The position numbers were made by a program, and so were the translations under genes. Positions 58,435 to 64,000 of a stretch of DNA of 64,000 bases are shown piece by piece. Location: the NCBI GenBank assembly GCA_038883655.1, contig JAVZLQ010000002.1:121625-185624 (forward strand), given 5' to 3'. The notes below the pieces were generated by a model, which worked only from the letters and a program-made list of their open reading frames with translations, was not told where the DNA came from and did no database searches. Source of the DNA: Candidatus Bathyarchaeia archaeon. GTDB taxonomy: Archaea > Thermoproteota > Bathyarchaeia > Bathyarchaeales > Bathycorpusculaceae. The first letter of the stretch is position 1. Every line of letters begins with the position of its first letter.

Positions 58435-58899
58435 TCAGCCTTTATTGAGTTGAGCGGCTATGGCCTTTCCAAATTCCTTGCACTTTGAAAGTTCATTCTC
58501 CACAATTGGTCCCTTTATTCCTTAAACTTTTATTGATAAGCCGCTTGCTATTTGCTTTAGTTCTGGAGCTTTTTCGCTTATACGTTTCTCCATCTTCTTA
58601 ACAGCCTTTTCAAAGTCTTTTCCCATGTACGTGTCGAAAACAGCGAACATTTTCCCCTTCAACTGCAGTCCACTGAGCTTGTCAATGAAGCCCTTAATCC
58701 CTCTGGTGGGTCCACCAATGTGATTTGGAGAACCTATGAGAATGACATCGTAATCAGCAACTTTTCCAAGGTCAACCTCCTTAAGCTCCTTGATTGAGGC
58801 TTCTATTCCGCCAGTCTCCTTCATGCCTTCAACAATTGTTTCTGCCACGCGTTTGGTGTTGCCATACTTTGACTCGTAAACTATAAGCACTTTTACCAT
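58435..58899 (-). pseudogene. Flavodoxin-family gene with in-frame TAA at 58522-58524
   Basis: YESKYGNT, GSP, FDTY; the frame continues after the stop as GIKGPIVENELSKCKEFGKAIA, the terminal flavodoxin helix. Confidence 0.8.
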
Positions 58900-59033
58900 A
58901 AAACAGCCCATCAATTATCTCTCTTGTTAGAGCTTTAAGACTTGTGTACGCTATCTTCTTAAATAAATGGCGCCTAATGCTTCAGTAACAAAATAATATA
59001 AGCGCTGCATGTCCTATAAAAGAGGGAAACCAA

Positions 59034-59999
59034 TTGACATTAAACACAACAAAAGATAAACTTGCTTACATGTTTAGGAAGATGGTTGAAATCCGCCTTT
59101 TCGAAGAGAAAGTTTTTGACCTTTACGCGCAAAACCTTGTTCCAGGCACAATCCACCTTTACGCTGGAGAAGAAGCCGTCGCCGTAGGCGTCTGCAGCAA
59201 CCTCCGAAAAGACGATTACATTACAAGCACTCATAGGGGTCATGGACACTGCATCGCAAAAGGCGCAGACCTAAAGCGTACAATGGCAGAAATTTTGGGC
59301 AAGAGAACTGGCTACTGCAAGGGCAAAGGCGGTTCGATGCATATCGCCGACTTCAGCATTGGCATGCTTGGCGCGACAGCCGTGGTGGGAGCTGGAATAC
59401 CAATAGCCGTCGGCGCTGGGCTGTCAATAGCACTTAGAAAAACAGACCAAGTCGTAGCGTGTTTCTTTGGTGAGGGCGCCTCAAACCAGGGAACATTCCA
59501 CGAAGGCATCAACATGGCTGCTGTCTGGCGGCTTCCAGTAATATTCGTCTGCGAAAATAACCTCTACGCCATGGGAACACGCCAATCAAGAGTCATGCTT
59601 ATAGAGAACATCGCGGACAGAGCGGCAGCTTATGGCATCCCAGGCGTGGTTGTTGACGGGAACGATGTTTTGGCTGTTTATGAGGCTGCGCAGAAGGCTG
59701 TTGAGAGGGCGAGGAAAGGCGGGGGACCCACACTTATTGAGTGTAAAACTTATAGGCATAAGGGACATTCCCGTGTGGACCCTGCGCGGTATAGGCCAAA
59801 AGAAGAGGTTGAGGAGTGGCTAGCAAAGGACCCGATTAAGCGCTTTAAGGAGAGGCTTCTGCAGGATGGCGTTTTAACAGCAGAAGAGATTAGAAAAATC
59901 GAGGAGGATGTTGCGGCTGAGATTGAGGAAGCTGTTCGATTTGCTATGGAAAGTCCGTATCCAGCGCCAGAAGAAGCTTTGGAGGACGTTTACGCCTAA
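59034..59999 (+). CDS. pdhA: 2-oxoacid/acetoin dehydrogenase E1 alpha
   Basis: HRGH, GGSMH, GEGA...ENN TPP motif, YR..GH. Confidence 0.9.
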   Translation: MTLNTTKDKLAYMFRKMVEIRLFEEKVFDLYAQNLVPGTIHLYAGEEAVAVGVCSNLRKDDYITSTHRGHGHCIAKGADLKRTMAEILGKRTGYCKGKGGSMHIADFSIGMLGATAVVGAGIPIAVGAGLSIALRKTDQVVACFFGEGASNQGTFHEGINMAAVWRLPVIFVCENNLYAMGTRQSRVMLIENIADRAAAYGIPGVVVDGNDVLAVYEAAQKAVERARKGGGPTLIECKTYRHKGHSRVDPARYRPKEEVEEWLAKDPIKRFKERLLQDGVLTAEEIRKIEEDVAAEIEEAVRFAMESPYPAPEEALEDVYA

Positions 60000-60989
60000 T
60001 TGGAGGCTGAGACAATGCGCAAGATAACTTATAGGGAAGCGCTGCGTGAGGCTTTACGCGAAGAGATGCAACGAGACCCAACAGTTTTTCTTTTAGGCGA
60101 GGATATTGGCAAGTATTGGGGAGGAGCATTCAAAGTTACAGAAGGCTTGGCTGAGGAATTCGGTGAGGAAAGGGTTAGGGACACACCGATCTCTGAATCA
60201 GCAATTATTGGAACTGGTGTGGGCGCGGCGATAACGGGCATGCGTCCAGTTGCAGAAATAATGTTCGGCGACTTAACTGCTTTAGCCATGGACCAAATTG
60301 CAAATCAAGCAGCAAAGATTCGGTACATGTTCGGCGGACAAGCCAAATGCCCACTTGTCATTCGAACACCGTTCGGAGCTGGTGTAAACATCGCTTCCCA
60401 TCATTCGCAGAGTCTAGAGGCATGGTTCATGCACGTTCCAGGCTTGTACGTGGCTGTACCTTCCACGCCATACGATGTGAAGGGGCTTTTGAAGTCTGCA
60501 ATTAGGGGCAACAATCCAGTCATGTTCTGTGAGCACAAGCTGCTTTATCCAGTTGAGGGTGAAGTTCCAGAAGGGGAGTACACAATTCCATTTGGGGTTG
60601 CGGACGTGAAACGTGAAGGCGCAGACGCGACGATAGTGGCTACGCTTTACATGGTGCACAAAGCACTTAATGCAGCAAAAAAGCTGGAAAGCGAGGGGAT
60701 AAGTGTTGAAATAGTTGACCCGCGAACATTGACGCCGCTTGACAAGCAGACAATTATAAAGTCTGTCAAGAAGACTGGACGCCTAGTCATTGTATCTGAA
60801 GATTGTAAGACGGCAGGCGTAAGCGCGGAAATAGCTGCAGTGGTGGCTGAAGAAGCCATAGACTATTTGGACGCGCCCATAAAGCGTGTTGCCGAACCAG
60901 ACACGCCCATACCATTCAGCCCACCGCTGGAACAGTACGTAATTCCAGACGAAAAGGCGATAATAAAAGCAGTGAAAGAAGTGGTATAA
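60000..60989 (+). CDS. pdhB: 2-oxoacid/acetoin dehydrogenase E1 beta
   Basis: GEDIG, DTPISE, HSQ, EHK. Confidence 0.9.
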   Translation: MEAETMRKITYREALREALREEMQRDPTVFLLGEDIGKYWGGAFKVTEGLAEEFGEERVRDTPISESAIIGTGVGAAITGMRPVAEIMFGDLTALAMDQIANQAAKIRYMFGGQAKCPLVIRTPFGAGVNIASHHSQSLEAWFMHVPGLYVAVPSTPYDVKGLLKSAIRGNNPVMFCEHKLLYPVEGEVPEGEYTIPFGVADVKREGADATIVATLYMVHKALNAAKKLESEGISVEIVDPRTLTPLDKQTIIKSVKKTGRLVIVSEDCKTAGVSAEIAAVVAEEAIDYLDAPIKRVAEPDTPIPFSPPLEQYVIPDEKAIIKAVKEVV

Positions 60990-60996
60990 ACAAACG

Positions 60997-61539
60997 TTAA
61001 TTCTCGTCGCGCCCGAGGTGCAGTTGATATATTACAATGTTTAACTTTTTGCCCCATGGCGCTTCAACCGTTTCCTCTTTTACCATCTTGAAGCCGTTCT
61101 TCTCGTAAAACCTTCTAGCGTGAGTTTCCTCCCTCCCAGTAACCACAAACACATTTTTTATGCCTTTATGTTCTAAGTTTGAAAGGGCGAACTGCAACAG
61201 TTGAGTGCCTATTCCTCTTCGTTCATGCGGCGGAAAGATTATGATTCTGTCTAACTCAGCTGTGCTTGCATTTTTTTGTATGGTTTGGGCGAATCCTATT
61301 ATATTGCTGTTTTCGAGCGCAAGGTAAAATGTTGCTTTGCCTTCTTTAACTGCTTTTTGAAGCGTTTCTTCTGCAAAAGCTTTTTTAACATAATTGTCTG
61401 GAATGCCAAACTTAACAACATTGTCAACGTATATTTTGCTCTTTTTATCTTCTAAAATTGAAAGAAGCTTCATGCCAAGAGCTTTAATATCTTTGTCATC
61501 TGCTTTTCTAATAGTCACCATGTTTATTGGCAACTCCAA
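60997..61539 (-). CDS. GNAT acetyltransferase
   Basis: RRGIGTQLL, ARRFYEKNGF. Confidence 0.88.
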   Translation of the reverse strand: MELPINMVTIRKADDKDIKALGMKLLSILEDKKSKIYVDNVVKFGIPDNYVKKAFAEETLQKAVKEGKATFYLALENSNIIGFAQTIQKNASTAELDRIIIFPPHERRGIGTQLLQFALSNLEHKGIKNVFVVTGREETHARRFYEKNGFKMVKEETVEAPWGKKLNIVIYQLHLGRDEN

Positions 61540-61644
61540 TAATTGGTAAAAGGAAATGTAAAAATGAAATGCCCTTTATAAAAGATTTTGCACAAGCGAA
61601 AATGAAATAAAAGGGCAAAACGACATGACAACGGCGGAATCACC

Positions 61645-62730
61645 ATGGTATCAAAGGTTGTTATGCCAAAGCTCAGCTTAACAATGAAGGAGGGCACCGT
61701 TGGCAAGTGGTATAAGCGTGAAGGCGAGAAAGTGGAAAAAGGCGAGCCAATAGTCGAAATTATCTCTGAAAAAGCCACCTACGACCTTGAAGCCCCAGCT
61801 TCGGGCATACTACGCAAAATACTTGTAGGAGAGGGCAGCGATGCCCCAGTTGACGCTGTCCTCGCCTTTATCGCAGATCAAGACGAGCCGCTGCCAGAAG
61901 CAGAAATCCAAACAGAGAAGCCAGCGGAAAAGGAAATTTTGGCTTCACCAGCCGCCAAACGGCTTGCAAGAGAACATGGAATAGACTTATCTCTCATTAA
62001 AGGTAGTGGTCCAGAGGGCAGAATCGTCGAGGAGGATGTTAGAAGGTTTATTGCGGAATCTTTGGGCCTCGCGCCGAAGGTTAAGGAGGTTGTTCCTCTA
62101 ACTGGCTTTAGAAAGACATCGGCCGAGCGTGTAGCATCAAGCTTTAGAACTGCACCACATAGCACATTGATGATGGAAGTCGACGTTTCGAAAGCTATTG
62201 AGCTCCACGAGAAGCTTAATGTTTCCTATACGGCCATAATTGTTGGGGCAGCCGCGAAGACTCTCCGCGATTATCCGCTTGTGAACTCAACGTTGGAAGG
62301 CGAGAAAATAAAAATTTTTGAAGACATAAACATTGGAGTGGCAACAGCCACCGAACACGGTCTAGCAGTTCCAGTTATTCGCGACGCCGACAAAAGGTCT
62401 GTTGAGGAGCTAGACAAAGTTATAAGAGAGTTAACAGAAAAGGCAAGGCAAGGGAAACTCTCAAAAGAAGACGTGAGCGGTGGAACGTTCACCATCACAA
62501 ATCTTGGCATGTACAACGTTGACTTTTTCACACCCATAATTAATCCACCAGAAGCCGCCATACTTGGAGTCGGAAAAATAACTCAAAAACCGGCCGTTGT
62601 CGATGGAAAGGTTGAGGTCAAACCATTGATGATGCTTAGCCTCTCCTACGACCACAGAATTATCGACGGCGCACCAGCAGCGGAATTCTTAGGCAAAGTT
62701 AAAGAAAGAATTGAGAAAGGCTTGGTTTAA
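61645..62730 (+). CDS. pdhC: Dihydrolipoamide acyltransferase E2
   Basis: Lipoyl domain SEKA, ASPAAKRLA...GSGPEGRI, DHRIIDG. Confidence 0.93.
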   Translation: MVSKVVMPKLSLTMKEGTVGKWYKREGEKVEKGEPIVEIISEKATYDLEAPASGILRKILVGEGSDAPVDAVLAFIADQDEPLPEAEIQTEKPAEKEILASPAAKRLAREHGIDLSLIKGSGPEGRIVEEDVRRFIAESLGLAPKVKEVVPLTGFRKTSAERVASSFRTAPHSTLMMEVDVSKAIELHEKLNVSYTAIIVGAAAKTLRDYPLVNSTLEGEKIKIFEDINIGVATATEHGLAVPVIRDADKRSVEELDKVIRELTEKARQGKLSKEDVSGGTFTITNLGMYNVDFFTPIINPPEAAILGVGKITQKPAVVDGKVEVKPLMMLSLSYDHRIIDGAPAAEFLGKVKERIEKGLV

Positions 62731-62733
62731 ACT

Positions 62734-63075
62734 TTAGGCTTCTTTAACCTTTTCAGCTGTTTCAACCGCTTCTTTTAGACTTTTGCTGACAAGCTTCAAT
62801 CTAACCTCCTTAATCATCGACACACCGCGACTAGTGATTATTGAGCCAGCCCAAACAATAATAATGAAGATGAAGAAGAAAACAAGGGCGTTACCAAAAA
62901 CAGCCATAGCCTCAACAAAATCGCCTGCGCCCACTGGAGTTTGGATAAACTGAGGAATCTTCGATTGACTTATAAGTGTTATAATTGCGAGAATTGCTGG
63001 AATCACAATTAAGACTAAGCCTAAAGCAAGCAACACGTAACCGACAATCTTCTCAGCTTTCTTTTCCGTCTTCAT
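62734..63075 (-). CDS. Two-TM membrane protein
   Basis: Two hydrophobic helices. Confidence 0.65.
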   Translation of the reverse strand: MKTEKKAEKIVGYVLLALGLVLIVIPAILAIITLISQSKIPQFIQTPVGAGDFVEAMAVFGNALVFFFIFIIIVWAGSIITSRGVSMIKEVRLKLVSKSLKEAVETAEKVKEA

Positions 63076-63210
63076 AAAAGCGAATACGCCACTAGTTAAT
63101 AAAAACCTTATTCCAAAAATAAGTATGTTAAGCGCTTTGTTTCCGCATGTACGACGGAATAATCTTGTAGATGCATCAAAAGTGTTTTATTTTGAATAAT
63201 TAAAGATTGG

Positions 63211-63699
63211 ATGCCAGGTGAAAATGTGGATGGTACATTAATCGCCGGCAAAACGCTTGCTAGGATTGGCGGAGCACTTCTTATAGTCGGATTACTAATA
63301 TCCTTCATCGTTGTTGCCTCCCTTTTAAGTTCATTAGCAATATATGTGCTCCTTTATCCTCTTGTGTTTATAGGCGCTCTTCTGAACCTAATTTCAGCAA
63401 TAATGCTCCTCGCAACAGATAACGGAGTGATCATGATTGTTGCTGGTACTCTTGGTGCAACCTTCTCGATACTGTCGATTGGGGGGATTGTGGGGTTGAT
63501 AGGTGGAATATCGGGTTTAATTGGAGGAATTTTGGTTCTAGTTGCACAACCAGCACCTGCGCCAGCACCAGCATTTACACCACCAATACCTCCACCAACG
63601 CAACCTCAAGCAGCAGTATGTCCAACATGTGGGGGGCCACTCGTGTATGTTCAACAGTATCAAAGATGGTATTGTAACAAATGCCAACGATATGTATAG
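63211..63699 (+). CDS. Membrane protein with Pro-rich linker and C-terminal Zn ribbon
   Basis: TM helices, (PA)n/PP tract, CPTC...WYCNKC. Confidence 0.75.
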   Translation: MPGENVDGTLIAGKTLARIGGALLIVGLLISFIVVASLLSSLAIYVLLYPLVFIGALLNLISAIMLLATDNGVIMIVAGTLGATFSILSIGGIVGLIGGISGLIGGILVLVAQPAPAPAPAFTPPIPPPTQPQAAVCPTCGGPLVYVQQYQRWYCNKCQRYV

Positions 63700-63843
63700 A
63701 CTTATGAAAAGTTAGCATAGCGTAGTCTTTGATAAACAGAATTAATTACTTTTCAGAAAATCTGGAAGAACAAACCACTGTTTTGATTAACTTCAATTTG
63801 GAAAATTTTAAGTGCTTAATCATCAAAAAAGTGTTGAGCTAAA

Positions 63844-64000
63844 ATGAAAGCTGCAGTATATTATAGCCAAAAGGACATTCGTGTCGAGAATTTGCCCATT
63901 CCAAAAATTGGTGAAGACGAAGCACTCGTGGAGATGAAGGCTTGTGGAATCTGCGGTTCAGACATGATGGAGTGGTACCTAAAAAGGCGTGCTCCACTTG
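63844..64000 (+). CDS. Zn-dependent (MDR) dehydrogenase, 5' part only
   Basis: MKAAVYY...P.P.IGEDEALV..KACGICGSD; runs off the right edge. Confidence 0.88.
   Translation, partial: MKAAVYYSQKDIRVENLPIPKIGEDEALVEMKACGICGSDMMEWYLKRRAPL

Overview
Archaeal chromosomal window, most likely Bathyarchaeia (inferred from the fwdDBAC-mch cluster, a PEF-CTERM surface protein, Orc1/Cdc6, an archaeal type IV pilus locus and a tRNA with non-canonical introns). Positions 1-16 kb are an accessory island. It holds the 5' end of a Zn-ribbon/tyrosine-integrase-like gene that runs off the left edge and is absent from the ORF track, then a small element-like gene cluster. A complete type I-A CRISPR-Cas locus follows: cas6, cas3 with a C-terminal HD domain, cas8a, csa5, cas7 and cas5 converge on csa1, cas1, cas2, a PIN toxin-antitoxin pair and cas4, and the array has 21 repeats and 20 spacers. 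A PEF-CTERM gene closes the island. The main observation is a family of directly oriented, imperfectly palindromic 11-6-11 bp sites (consensus core TCCRTTAR-N6-YTAAMAGAA) at 2929, 14601 and 15934, with weaker copies at 2794 and 27357. The three strong copies bracket the whole CRISPR-Cas locus and the PEF-CTERM gene as separate modules. This suggests a Xer/dif-like, tyrosine-recombinase cassette array; the sites are seen in the sequence, but the mechanism is inferred. Positions 16-64 kb are mostly core genes: C1 metabolism, molybdopterin and CoA synthesis, cdc6, pilus, riboflavin/FAD, peptidases, tRNA-Lys(CTT) with two introns, and 2-oxoacid dehydrogenase E1/E2. Protein calls rest on motif recognition by eye, not on database searches.
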